A DNA stretch of 64,000 nucleotides from Octopus vulgaris. Lineage: Eukaryota. The notes beneath the pieces are model-generated. The model saw nothing but the letters and a program-made list of their open reading frames with translations. It had not been told where the DNA came from and searched no databases. Numbering within the stretch: position 1 is the stretch's first letter; each line of letters starts with the position of its first letter. The stretch lies in contig OX597833.1 in assembly GCA_951406725.2 (NCBI GenBank), positions 1,550,001 to 1,614,000 of the forward strand. The letters are read 5' to 3'. The translations under genes and the position numbers were made by a program. Shown piece by piece: positions 30,051 to 44,346 of this stretch.

Positions 30051-30111
30051 ATGAAGCTAACGAAGGAGAACATGGTGAAGATGGCGATGATGATGAACGT
30101 GATGGTAATGG

Positions 30112-30159
<48 letters not shown>

Positions 30160-30353
30160 CGATGAAGAATATACGCAATAAAAAAATCGATCAAATCAAA
30201 TTTGTAAAAAAAACAAACAAACAAAATAATTAAAATTAAAAAAATGCAGAAAATATAAAAAGAAAATGTTCTTGCTGCCATCCAAATATAGCTTTGTGCC
30301 TCGACAAACTTAAAATATCGAAAGTTGAATTTCTTTTATATATTATCTTATCA

Positions 30354-30420
<67 letters not shown>

Positions 30421-30440
30421 TATTATTATTATTGTTATTA

Positions 30441-30524
<84 letters not shown>

Positions 30525-30540
30525 TTATTTTTATTATTTG
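28730..30540. repeat. Cluster of GAT, CTA/TAG and TAT microsatellites
   Basis: (GAT)-rich 28730-29392 and 29990-30165, (CTA)/(GTA) 29720-29865, (TAT) 30350-30540. Confidence 0.95.
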
Positions 30541-30780
30541 TTTTTATCTGTTTCGTTAGAGATGAATTTTCTTTTTCACTTCTTCACTTTTTTCTTTTCT
30601 AACGGGAGTTTTAAGTGAAGGAAGGAGATACTGCGGAAGAGAAAATTTCCAAATTCTAAATAAAGAATTTTGCGTTAAATGCGTATATTTTGGGAAGTAA
30701 ATCTCAGTATACGACTTTCGATTTTGCTTTGCATCCTATGTTGATCGTTTCTTTATTGGTATTAGTATTTCTATTATTAA

Positions 30781-31012
30781 AGGCGGTGAGCTGGCAGAAA
30801 CGTTAGCACGCCGGGCGAAATGCGTAGCGGTATTTCGTCTGTCGTTACGTTGTGAGTTCAAATTCCGCCGAGGTCAACTTTGCCTTTCATCCTTTCGGGG
30901 TCGATAAATAAAGTACCAGTTACGCACTGGGGTCGATGTAATCGACTTAATACCTATGTCTGTCCTTGTTTGTCCCTTCTATGTTTAGCCCCTTGTGGGT
31001 AATAAAGAAATG
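30781..31012 (+). mobile_element. SINE B, full length, with 21 bp flanking direct repeat
   Basis: GGTATTAGTATTTCTATTATT at 30758-30778 and 31013-31033. Confidence 0.94.
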
Positions 31013-31112
31013 GGTATTAGTATTTCTATTATTGTTACTACTACTACTACAACAACCACCACCACCGCTGCTGCTGTTACTATTGCTATTCTTCTTTTTC
31101 TTCTTTTTCTTC

Positions 31113-31655
31113 TTATTATTATATGTTTGACTTTTTCTTTGTATTTGTACAAGTTGACTCCTAGCCTCACCCAAAGACCTCAAGAGACAACACGTTCAAG
31201 TCGGTGTTATGACTAGGATGCCTTCTAGCAGATTTTGCAGAAACAATTCTTCCATAGAAAGTTTAAGAAAACAAAAATTTATAAGTTTGTTTTAGAATTC
31301 GGGATTACATAGAAAGTATTTTGCGTAGGATATGGGCAGTTCCCATGAGCACTATCTTTTGAATTTCTGCCATTTTGGGGTTTCCTGGTATCTGAGTTAG
31401 GTAGCTATCAGTCCCTTTTGCTATCATTCCTAGGGCACCTATGACAACAGGTATTGTTTTAGTCTTCAGGTTCCATATTTTGCCAACTTCTAGTTCAAGA
31501 TCTTTATATTTGCTCAGTTTTTGGTAGGTCTCGACAGATATGTTTATATCGATTGGGACAGTCATATCAATGAGGAGGCATAATTTTTGTCAGAAGTCTT
31601 TTAATATAATGTCTGGACTATTCGCATCTACCTTTCTATCAGTTTCAACGGTGAT
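31113..31655 (-). mobile_element. R4/Dong-clade non-LTR retrotransposon 3' end (restriction-like endonuclease)
   Basis: PDII.KDF...LLIDMTVPID...KYKDL...IPVVIGALG...QKIVLMGTAHILRK; 3' UTR ends in (TAA)n and the other flank is (TAA)n, the known Dong target. Confidence 0.85.
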
Positions 31656-32065
31656 ATAATGTTATCCGTAATATCATTATTATTATTTTTTTTATCATTA
31701 TTATTATTATTATTATAATTATTATTATTATAGCCTTTGCACAGCTTCTAACGTTGGAGATGTGCTACAGTGTCAGCTGTTCACTACCACTAAACTAAGG
31801 TAACACCGCTTATTTTTCGAGGACCATCCGGAGTATACGAGCGGTTCCAAGCAGTCCATCTTTATGACCGCTTTTACCAGTTCCTCTTCTGCTGATGACC
31901 ACTGAGACCCGCTAAAGTCTGAGTACATTGTCTCAACCCTCAAAGCAGAAAAAAAAGAAGGAAACAACGTACGACTCGTACACAAATGAAAAACCAAATG
32001 CACTCTGGGTGACGCATGCGCGGAAGCAAGCTTTTTACCACACGGCAAAAGCTTGCGCATATATA

Positions 32066-32433
32066 TACTCTTTACTTGTTTCAGTCATTTGAGTCCGGCC
32101 AATCTGGAGCACCGCCTTTAGTCAAGCAAATTGACCCCAGGACTTATCCTTTCTAAGCCTAGTACTTATTATATCGGTCTCTTTTGCCGAACCACTAAGT
32201 TACGGGGACGTAAACACGTCAGCATCGGTTGTCAAGCGATGTTTGGGGGACAAACACAGATAAACATACACACCAGACACACATATACACACACACATAT
32301 ATATATATATATACGACAGGCTTCTTTCAGTTTTCGTCTACCAAATCCACTCACAAGGCCTTGGTTGGCCCGATGCTATAGTAGAAGACGCCCAAGGTGC
32401 CTTGCAGTGGGACTGAACCTGGAACCATGCGCC
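32066..32433 (-). mobile_element. SINE A lacking the extreme 5' end
   Basis: Matches the other family A copies. Confidence 0.9.
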
Positions 32434-32467
<34 letters not shown>

Positions 32468-32575
32468 TGTATGTATGTATGTATGTATGTATGTATGGAT
32501 GGATGGATGTATGGATGGATGGATGGATGGATGGATGGATATGTGCACACATATTTTTTCAAATGTATATATTTT

Positions 32576-33178
32576 AATCTATCTTTATCTTTATCTTTAT
32601 CTAGTTTCAGCTCACGAGCTGTGGCCATGCTGGGGCACTGCCATTTGGTGTTGCTATATGATTTTACCTCACGAATGCTTTTTAGCAATTGCTATTTGGT
32701 GCATGAGAGAGTTCGATGCAGCTGCCCTCATCTGCACCTCCTGTCATGAAGTTGGTTCATCTGGGACACCTGACAAGAAGAGATCCAGTTTTATTTTAAA
32801 GACATCTGCATCCACCCCATGCAGGTCTCTCAGGTTCTTCGGGAGGATATTGAAGAGCTGTGGGCCTCAGAAGCCCAGGCTATCACAGTATCTTGTCCTA
32901 CATCTTGATGGCAAATTTGGAGTCCTTGGCACTAAGCAGTGGCGCCCGTGTTCTGGCAATTGTGTAACTCTCGATGCCAAAGTTTGGGACAAGTCCTTCT
33001 AAGATCTTCCAGATGTATATTATGGTATATCTTTCTCGCCTACGCTCCAAGGAATAGAGTCTTAATCTCTTGAGTCTTTCCCAGTAGCTTATATGCTTCA
33101 CAGAGGCTATCTTCTTCGTGTAGCTTCGTTGGATCGCCTCAAGTTCTATGATTAACTTGATACTGGATGGTGACCATA
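32576..33178 (-). mobile_element. CR1-type LINE 3' fragment with intact tail
   Basis: ELEAIQRSYTKKI...YWERLKRLRLYSLERRRERY.IIYIWKILEGLVPN...GPQLFNILPKNLRDL...KLDLFLSGVPDEP; ends in (AGATAA)n. Confidence 0.92.
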
Positions 33179-33298
33179 ATGTATATATTTTAATTCAATG
33201 CACACACAATCATGATGCTTTCTTTCAAAATTGTGACGTATTCAAAATTTGGAAAGTAGACATAAATAAGCACATATATATCTCCACCCCCAGCACTC

Positions 33299-33383
<85 letters not shown>

Positions 33384-33386
<3 letters not shown>

Positions 33387-33584
33387 TTACAGGGCAAGAC
33401 TGCTAGGTAGTCTGCCGCATGCTAGAAATTCTGTTTTTTATATAAATTTTCATCTGTCCTGCCCGCCAAATTTAGTTCTGGTGTTCGCTAAATTTTTCCT
33501 CTAGAGAACTTTCTTTGTAGTTTGATCGTTGATGATCTATTTCTAGCATGCGGCAGACTACCTAGCAGTCTTGCCCTGTAAATA
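33384..33584. repeat. Element with 46 bp perfect terminal inverted repeats
   Basis: TATTTACAGGGCAAGACTGCTAGGTAGTCTGCCGCATGCTAGAAAT at 33384-33429, reverse complement at 33539-33584. Confidence 0.9.
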
Positions 33585-33689
33585 TACACATGTAGTAGAA
33601 TTTTCTCTGATTTTTCAGATTTTTTGTATGCTAGGCTACTGGTTTTAAATTGATATTAATATTAATATTAATTTATCTCCCTCATTATT

Positions 33690-33733
<44 letters not shown>

Positions 33734-33737
<4 letters not shown>

Positions 33738-35323
33738 GGTATGTAGAAAAATACAACATGGACAAGAACGTATAACTCTTAGAAGACGACACAATAAACA
33801 CGGACAGGACATTCGAAACCCTCAGTCTTCAGTCAAGAACCGGATCATCGTAGTAATTTCGGCTGATTAATCTTGAGATTACTAGATCACGGCCAGCCCT
33901 CCAAGAAAAACCAAGCAACGAGCATTAGAAAAACTAAGCTGGAAGCGTAGATTTCCTGGAAGAAGGATCGAATGCATACGAACACCAGGACAGCAAAAGG
34001 GACAGATATAAAAAAAACAAAAAACAATAATGGAATACAGAAACATGAAATACAGAAGCATTAACGGTGAAAACAACAGTGTCTTACGACTGATAACAAG
34101 CAAACAAATTTTTTCTCTGGCGCAATGGAAAAAGCCTTTATAGTGGCGGACGAAAACAGCGATGTTAACAAGACGAGGGTCAGAAACTGAAAGGCAGATT
34201 TCGGCCAACAGTCACGTGACAGAGAAGAGGAAAAGAAAAGAAAGAGAAGCAAAGGAAGAGAGAGAGAGAGAGAGAGAGAGAGGAGGGACAAACGCAACAA
34301 AGAGAGAGAAGAGAGAGAAAGAAGGAATCAGAGAGGAGAAGGGATGGGTGTCGAAGAATGACCTGTGAGTGCAGAGCGAGACAAAGAAATAGGAGGGTAG
34401 TGGAAGACTAGACCAAAGAATCAGAGGAAAGAGAAGAGAAAAAGAGGATGAGTAGAGAGAAAAGAGAGAGAGGGGGACAGATCAAGTAAAAATGAGAGAG
34501 AGAGAGAGACAAACAGAGAGTCGTACCAATTATTAAGAATATGTGCTCACATAAATGTTAAGGGGGGTACGGGGCGCCTGGAATATATGTTAAGGTATGT
34601 AGAAAAATACAACATGGACAAGAACGTATAACTCTTAGAAGACGACACAATAAACACGGACAGGACATTCGAAACCCTCAGTCTTCAGTCAAGAACCGGA
34701 TCATCGTAGTAATTTCGGCTGATTAATCTTGAGATTACTAGATCACGGCCAGCCCTCCAAGAAAAACCAAGCAACGAGCATTAGAAAAACTAAGCTGGAA
34801 GCGTAGATTTCCTGGAAGAAGGATCGAATGCATACGAACACCAGGACAGCAAAAGGGACAGATATAAAAAAAACAAAAAACAATAATGGAATACAGAAAC
34901 ATGAAATACAGAAGCATTAACGGTGAAAACAACAGTGTCTTACGACTGATAACAAGCAAACAAATTTTTTCTCTGGCGCAATGGAAAAAGCCTTTATAGT
35001 GGCGGACGAAAACAGCGATGTTAACAAGACGAGGGTCAGAAACTGAAAGGCAGATTTCGGCCAACAGTCACGTGACAGAGAAGAGGGAAAAGAAAAGAAA
35101 GAGAAGCAAAGGAAGAGAGAGAGAGAGGAGAGAGAGAGAGGAGGGACAAACGCAACAAAGAGAGAGAAGAGAGAGAGAAAGAAGGAATCAGAGAGGAGAA
35201 GGGATGGGTGTCGAAGAATGACCTGTGAGTGCAGAGCGAGACAAAGAAATAGGAGGGTAGTGGAAGACTAGACCAAAGAATCAGAGGAAAGAGAAGAGAA
35301 AAAGAGGATGAGTAGAGAGAAAA

Positions 35324-35328
<5 letters not shown>
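33734..35328. mobile_element. Tandem duplication (period 856 bp) bounded by (TA)n, Penelope pseudo-LTR-like
   Basis: 33734-34470 is nearly identical to 34590-35328; the identical ORFs at 33882 and 34738 confirm the offset. Confidence 0.8.
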
Positions 35329-35354
<26 letters not shown>

Positions 35355-35884
35355 CTCTAAACATGTGCACCTACATGCATATATACATACATGTAAACAC
35401 ATATGGCGTGTTTTCGTACGAAGCAAAATGAACTTTTAGATTGACACCAATAACAAAACATGTCTATGTATATAAGTGTAACTTTAGTATTCTCGTTCTT
35501 TTCGAAGCATCTTTAATTTAGACTGTATTAAAGAAGCAGGGAGAATTTGGTGTGATAGTAGATTTCCAATATGAAGCAGTCCATTATTTACACCTCCCCT
35601 GGCGTATTCCGGTGTTCCATATATTATCATCAAGGTTCTGTGTCCCAATTATCTATCATTGTTATTTTCGATAGAAACACCAACAGCATCCGCATCATTA
35701 GGGACAGGAAATTTTCAGACGTATCGATTCCGGTATTTCTTTTCTCTGATTGAAATTCCCACCGGAGCAACAATTCGCCTTTTATTACTCCAGGATTGAT
35801 AAATAAATTAAATCATGTGCTGAGATTCGTCTCTTCATTCTTTGTGTACCAATCTCTGTCTCTCTGTCTCTGTCTCTGTCTCTG

Positions 35885-35915
<31 letters not shown>

Positions 35916-36641
35916 GTCTCTGTCTCTGTCTGTCTCTGTCTCTCTCTGTCTCTGTCTCTGTCTGTCTGTCTCTCTCTCTCTCTACGTCTGTCTCTCTTCT
36001 TTTCTCTTTCCATCTATCCCTCGTACGTGAACGGGCCAACATAGAATACTTCGCTTCGCTACAAGGATAAATGTTTTATTACCAGTTTTCGGCTTCTCTA
36101 CCGAAAGAAATAGCATTCAATTTTCTCATTGTATGCCTAATTTTGGCACCAGACCGGTCATGCTGAGAGGCGGTGGAGTGGGAGTTACAATTCCATTCGT
36201 ACATCAATTGATGCTTATTTCTAAGATCTCAAAAGGATGAGAGGTGAAGTCGACATTGTTGGCAGGTGAACTATGAATCTGAGGTGCCTGACAAAAGCAG
36301 CCACGCATTTTGTGGGATTTTATAAAAATACTGCCAGCTGGCTACCTCTCATTGTACATTGTTAATAAGCTCCGTGTCATTTGCTAGCGTACACGACTGA
36401 TATATAGCTGCTTTGTTGAAGGCCAAAGGACAGTGACATTAGTACGGACAAGGGCTTGACAAGGGCTGTGGTGGGGCAAAATTATTGCAGCCTCAGACGA
36501 ATTATCTTACACTACTGACTAAGGTTTTAAACAGTGCTACACACACTAGACTTGCATTGACTGCAGAAATGCGACGATCATAAGAGTGTTGATATAGAAA
36601 TTCAAAAGTACTGCATGTTAGTCCTCATACCAGTAATACTT

Positions 36642-36678
<37 letters not shown>

Positions 36679-36743
36679 GTATGTTTGTGTGTGTGTATCT
36701 TTCTCTCTTTCTCTCTCTCTTTATATATATATATATATATACG

Positions 36744-36774
<31 letters not shown>

Positions 36775-36995
36775 GTATGTATGTATATAGATATGTATAT
36801 ATATATCAGTGAGTAAACATATACATAAATGAACAATGTATAATGCTTGTAGAGATAATCTCACGTTTCATTTACGTGTGAGAGTTCCTACAATTTTATA
36901 TGAATACATATATACACACATACATACACAAGCACACACACACATATACAGTACATACACACACACACATATATATATGCAATACATACACACAC

Positions 36996-37043
<48 letters not shown>

Positions 37044-37044
37044 G

Positions 37045-37076
<32 letters not shown>

Positions 37077-37481
37077 GTATATGTATATATTTATGTTTAA
37101 ATATATATAATATATTTTCCTATGTGTGTGTGTGTGTGTGGCGGGGTTGTAGGTATTTGTCTTTGTCTATAATTGACTCAGAGAGAATATATTGCCTGAA
37201 AAGAAAATTACATAGGCTTAGATGACATGTTATCGCTAACAACAAAGTAACTGTTTCAATGTGTCAAGTTACGAGATTATGAAAACATGAAATAACCAAA
37301 CTTATACAACGAAATATCAAACACAACAAACAAACCCAGACATAAATACAGATGAAATACACACACACACATATATATCGTCCAAAGAAGATTACATACA
37401 CAACATAATTTATTGGATATATATATATATATATTATTATCACACACACACAGGACACACTTCGCTGACACACCGTAAAGC

Positions 37482-37540
<59 letters not shown>

Positions 37541-38074
37541 GTATATATTTATGTTTTGTAAAATACTTATAATATATTTTCCTGTGTGTGTGTGTGTGTG
37601 GCGGGGTTGTAGGTATTTGTCTTTGTCTATAATTGACTCGGGCCGACCATATATTGCCTGACGGAAAGAAAATTACATAGGCTTAGATGACATGTTATCG
37701 CTATACATATATATAGTAATGTGTGTGTCATATGTTTGTGTGTACGAGATGTATGAAAATCATGAAATAACCAAACTTATAAACGAAATATCAAACAAAA
37801 CAAAGAAAAACCCAGACATAAATACCTTCGATGAAATAAACCAATCAGATTGCAGCTCCTACAGAATAAATCGTCCAAAGAAGATTATATAGGTGACAAC
37901 ATAATTTATTGGAGATGATATAATGTCATTCAAGCTGAAGACTTATTATCATACATCTTGGGGAAACCTGGAGGCGAACTTAATCGCACTTCGCTGACGG
38001 TGACAGCCGTAAAGCATTATATACAATTATATATGTATATATGTGTGTGTGTCTATGTATATATATATATATAT

Positions 38075-38212
38075 AGGCGCAGGAGTGTGTGTGTGTGTGT
38101 GGTAAGTAGCTTGCTAACCAACCACATGGTTCCGGATTCAGTCCCACTGCGTGGCATCTTGGGCAAGTGTCTTCTGTTATAGCCCTGGGCCGACCAATGC
38201 CTTGTGAGTGGA
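38075..38212 (+). mobile_element. SINE A 5' fragment
   Basis: Matches the family A head. Confidence 0.85.
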
Positions 38213-38284
38213 CAAGTAGCATTCTTGTCTAAGAATATACTTTTAAAATTAATTTTTAAAAGTGCTATGCTATCTACCTGCCTG

Positions 38285-38315
<31 letters not shown>

Positions 38316-38732
38316 CTACTTAGCTTCTTGTAAATATATTCTATTATTTTATGCTTTTATAGCTTCCAGACTTGCGTCCGTGGCCATGCTGGGGCACCGC
38401 AATTGATCTATCCATAAATATTTTAGATTTAAAATTATTACATCTACAAACTGTTACAGCTTCTGTATCCGCGAAATTTGAAGACGTTTATATCCTTCAA
38501 CGAATTAGAGAAAATGAAAGCGTCTTTGTACCCTTCTACTTCTTATTGTAGTATACAAAGTTTTAAGTTGTTTAACATTAATTCCATTATTTTTTCTATC
38601 TTCAATGGTTTCTCTTTCTCGTTTCGTCTCATCTTCCTCATCTAATTGTATATCCTTATACATACATACATACATACATACATATATGTGTCTGTATATA
38701 TATTTATATATATATATGTATATACATATATG

Positions 38733-38775
<43 letters not shown>

Positions 38776-38805
38776 GCATATATATGTATATATACACATA
38801 TATGT

Positions 38806-38875
<70 letters not shown>

Positions 38876-38879
38876 TTAG

Positions 38880-39292
38880 TACGTTTAAATATTTGTTGTG
38901 CAATATTTTTTATGTGAAGTCGTGTGTTGAAACAGATATTGTTATATTTCGGAATGGTCATTTTGCCAGTTTAGCCAATAAAGTATTACAGGCATCCCCC
39001 ACATACACACACTAAATAAACATAAACGCACATAGAGATATAAGCATGCGCAAATGAAGACATACAATAGAAATACAAAATGGCTGACGGTTAGTAAGGA
39101 GAGACACAAATAAGAGAGAAGAAAACAAAGGACCGCTGATGCGGTCACAGGAGTGTGACGAAAGAACTCTGGCCGAAATAAGATTAAGATTAATGTAAAA
39201 AATAAATAACACTGAAGCAAAGTAACACCAAATATATAGTGCGTGTGTTTTTATTGGCTAAACTGGCAAAATGACCATTCCGAAATATAACA
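38880..39292. mobile_element. Second copy of the 3198-3477 family, asymmetric inversion, degenerate hammerhead at 39130-39175
   Basis: Shared AATGGTCATTTTGCCAGTTTAGCCAATAAA arms; CUGAUGC-G-GUCAC/GUGAC-GAAA-GAACUC-U. Confidence 0.7.
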
Positions 39293-39361
39293 ATATATAT
39301 ACTTATATATGTATATATACATATAAATGTATACATATATATATACGTATATATACATACA

Positions 39362-39512
<151 letters not shown>

Positions 39513-39899
39513 GTATATATACTTATATATGTATATATACATATAAATGTATACATATATATATACGTATATATACATACATATATGTATATATATGCAT
39601 ATCTATATGTATGTATATTTATGCATATATATGTATGTATATATATATATATGTATATGCATATATATGTATATATATGCATATATATGTATATATATGC
39701 ATATATATGTATATATATATATATGTATATATACATACATATGTATGTATATATGTATATATATATGTATATATATATAAATATATATATATGTATATAT
39801 ACACATATATGTATGTATATATGTATATATATATATATGTATGTATATATACACATATATGTATGTATATATGTATATATATATATATATATATGTATG

Positions 39900-39934
<35 letters not shown>

Positions 39935-40058
39935 CTGACCAGCGGCAGCGATTATTCTTATATCTATAAGAATGCCATATTAATATGGCGATAACAATTA
40001 ATTTCCAGTAAACGCTGCCGTAATCTCTTTTATAGAGACTTAGTAATTTTAATATTTC

Positions 40059-40161
<103 letters not shown>

Positions 40162-40189
40162 AATATGTATATATATATATCTATAAATA

Positions 40190-40222
<33 letters not shown>

Positions 40223-40266
40223 TTAGAGACAAAACCTATATTGGATTTATTCCCAATATTTATTAT

Positions 40267-40297
<31 letters not shown>

Positions 40298-40928
40298 CCA
40301 CTAACACGTATATATATATATATATATACATATATATATACATATATGTATATATATATATATACATATAAATACACACACACATTTCATACATGTCATC
40401 GAAGTTTCATATATTTGGATGTAATACTACAACAGTAAGCGGGCGGAAATAAGAAACAACAAAGACAAAACGTTATAGTAATTTTTGAAAACAATCAAAA
40501 TGATGATTCGACTGATACGCTTAACTCAGAGTAGCTTAGTATGCATGAATCCAATCCCGTGGGGGTGGGGCTGACTTCTAAAAATTTTGTTCACTAATTA
40601 GAATCAAATATATAAATATACATATACACACACACATATACATATATGTATAAGCACACACGCACATATTCTTGTGTGTGCTTGTGTGTGTGTGTGTGTG
40701 TGAGGGCACTATTATATATACGGAAGTAGCTTAGTACTCGATTCCCGCATGAGGCAGAGCGTTGAGCTTTGTTGCTCTGTCATCATTTCGAATCTGACAT
40801 ATAACATACGCGTACATCTGTGCAAACGATGTCGACTTCATCATTGTAACCTAATCGTTTGTGAAGGTTGTTCACCCAAACTGAACAATCATACTTCGTC
40901 TTGAAAGGGAGATTCCAGCAATGCACAC

Positions 40929-40979
<51 letters not shown>

Positions 40980-41065
40980 CACACACATACACATACACCC
41001 AGATGGATATATATATATGTATGTATTTTAATATATTTATATATATATCCACAAACACGTATATA

Positions 41066-41102
<37 letters not shown>

Positions 41103-41108
41103 ACAAAC

Positions 41109-41246
<138 letters not shown>

Positions 41247-41737
41247 CCACAAACACGTATATATATATATATATATCCACAAACATGTATATATATATGT
41301 ATATGTATATATATATATACATATATGTGTGTATATATACGTTTCATGTTGGAAGGAAGCTATAAGTATCTCTCTATGTTGTTTTTGTAAATATATGTAT
41401 GAGTGTATGTGTGTTTGTGTGGGTGGTTGCGCCTGTGTGTGAGTGACTGTGTGTGTGTGTGAGTGTCTGTGTGTGTGTGTGTATGTGTGTGCGTGTGACT
41501 GTGTATAAACTCGTTTCGCTAAGTGTTTATATAACGGTTTGTATATTTTACTGGATGTGCTTCCATGCATGAAGGGAAAATGACGTCAGCTAATTTCACA
41601 TTTTATATCCAACCACAATATAACTCAATCAATTTCTTCATTGACGCGATACAAAATGAAAATCAATGTGTGTGTGTGTGTGTATATATGTATGTGCCTG
41701 TACGTGTACGTATATATATACATATATATATATATAC

Positions 41738-41782
<45 letters not shown>

Positions 41783-42016
41783 TATATATATGTATATATA
41801 TATATATGTATGTATACAGGCATATGTATATGTCTGTTTGTGTGTGAGGATGTATATATATATATATATATATAAATAAGCAAACAAATATTTATACATA
41901 TGTATGTATATATACATACACACACACACATATATACGTTGATGTACGTATACATGCATATGTACATAGATGCACATATACGTCCTACGCATACAAATGC
42001 GTATGCATATGTGCAA

Positions 42017-42070
<54 letters not shown>

Positions 42071-42279
42071 ATTTATGTTTTTGCGTGAGTGTGCGTGTAA
42101 GTGTGCGTGAATGTGTGTGTGTGAGAGAGTGTGTGCGTATGCTCACACAAAGAAATAACCTGGCAATAAAACCAAAAACTAATCACATTGTTACAGTTCT
42201 TAGACAATAAATCAACATTTGCAGATCGTGTGGGTCGATAGAGAAATTCTTTAAAGCTGCCCTGATGCCATTCTTGCGT

Positions 42280-42595
42280 AATGTATGTGACAGACACTTA
42301 TGTGTGTGTTGGACAGAAGCGGTAACCTTTATATCAGTCATTCATATTGAAATCAATAAACTGTATGGGGATCACCAAAACAGAGCCTACACTTGCAAGG
42401 GAATGCAGCCTCGCGCTATTTACAGTAAGTCCGCTAATCATTTCAGGTGCCTTAGTAGCCGTAGGGAGACACAATCACTCCCTCGTTCTACACAACAGTT
42501 TTTCCCTCGCAGAATATCATGAATAGGAGGTATCTGGATATAGTCTGTTGGTGATATGAGAAGAGGCAACCAATTCATAAATCATCTTTCTGCTT
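42280..42595 (-). mobile_element. Ancient LINE reverse transcriptase remnant
   Basis: Minus-strand pieces KMIYELVASSHI, HDILRGKNC and GSVLVIPIQFIDFNMND resemble KxLExII / QHGFxxGRSC / QGSVLGPILFxIFINDL, in the correct order. Confidence 0.45.
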
Positions 42596-43044
42596 CAAGA
42601 AATATCTTTTTTTCCTTTTTTTCTTTTCTGACCAATTATATTCACGCCAGTGATTTGTTTCACGTAAATGTGATCATGCGGACACCTATTTGGATTGTGT
42701 ATGTATTTAGCGCTCTTTCAGTAATTTTCAGCACATTATATACACGCATCTGAACAGACTTATTCAACGTGTATTAACCTGAATAACACATTGGAAGCAA
42801 TCAATAGCTCCAAGCATTACTACATAATGTTGCAAGTTGGTTTGTTTTGATTAATGATTAAACAATTGTAAATTAACAAAGTTAAATAAATTGCTTACAC
42901 CATTCTTCTTTTCGTGATTATATATTGTAAAAAGTGAGACATAAATATGTATATATGTATGCATGTATTTATCACTCTCTCTCTCCCTTTCTCTCTCTGT
43001 ATACATAAATAAGTTTTCGTATAGTCTATCTCGCGTCTTTCATT

Positions 43045-43083
<39 letters not shown>

Positions 43084-43105
43084 TAAGTACTTATTAGTTA
43101 TCTCT

Positions 43106-43302
<197 letters not shown>

Positions 43303-43436
43303 ATATATAATTCCGCCGTATCATACTATATATATCCTTTCGGGTGTCGATAAATTGAGTACCAGTTGCGTACTGGGGTGCATCTAATGGACAGGCCACC
43401 TACCCACAAATTTCAGGCCTTGTGTGTACAGTAGTG

Positions 43437-43475
<39 letters not shown>

Positions 43476-43649
43476 TATATATATTTGTTGTGAGGCGGCA
43501 GTGTTTTATGGAAGCACACACATTGCATGTATATAAATATATACGTGGTGTAAAGATATACAATATCACACACACACATATATATAAATATACGTGGTGA
43601 GAATACTCATCTATATCAATATAAGAATGATCATAAGTCTGTCTTCACC

Positions 43650-43795
43650 TTCTGAGTTCAAATTCCGCCGAAGTCAACTTTGCCTTTCATCCTTTCGGGT
43701 GTCGATAAATTGAGTACCAGTTGCGTACTGGGGTGCATCTAATGGACAGGCCCCCTCCCCACAAATTTCAGGCCTTGTGCCTACAGTAGAAAATT
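43650..43795 (+). mobile_element. SINE B variant with alternative tail (B2)
   Basis: B core followed by GGCCCCCTCCCCACAAATTTCAGGCCTTGTGCCTACAGTAGAAAA. Confidence 0.85.
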
Positions 43796-43882
43796 GTATG
43801 CTTAGTAGTTTTTAGTCATTATCCTATACATGATTTGTTGTGAGGCGGCAGTGTTTTATGGGAGCAATAATTATATAAAGAA

Positions 43883-44275
43883 CTAGCAGTATCGCCCGGC
43901 ATTGCTCGGTTTTGTAAGGGAAATAACTATATAAGCATTTTTAGATATATAAAGTATAATAGCCATCTCAAAATGGCTAACCACAAAAGGGGGTGTTACT
44001 GTAGCTTTTTACGTTCTGAGATTTGATAATACATTTTTAGAGAGTTACTTCCCTTACATAATAGCTAAAAAATGCATTAAAAATGGGAAAAAATGATTGT
44101 ATTTTTTTTTTAAATCGTAGACTCATCGTAGACGCGCGCTAATACCCAGAAGGGCTCGATATGAATCACGACTATAAGATACCCGGTTTTGGTAAACTGC
44201 ACCGCAAAATGTGGGAGTAGTTAGGAATCTAAATCGTAGGAGACAGACACACAACTTCACTTTTATATATAAAGA
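43883..44275 (-). mobile_element. Non-autonomous Helitron
   Basis: The minus strand starts TC and ends with a GC hairpin (CCGAGCAATGCCGGG) then CTAG, inserted between A and T. Confidence 0.9.
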
Positions 44276-44346
44276 TATAATGATTATAAATCTAATAACG
44301 TATGTGTTTGCCTTTGTGTTTCAGTGTGAATACATCTGTGTGTGTA

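Noticed and set aside
33882-35064. Two identical 108 aa ORFs
   Set aside because: Product of the tandem duplication; no ATG start and no recognisable protein.
35530-35790. Unique segment as a possible exon
   Set aside because: Stops in the plausible frames and no recognisable motif.
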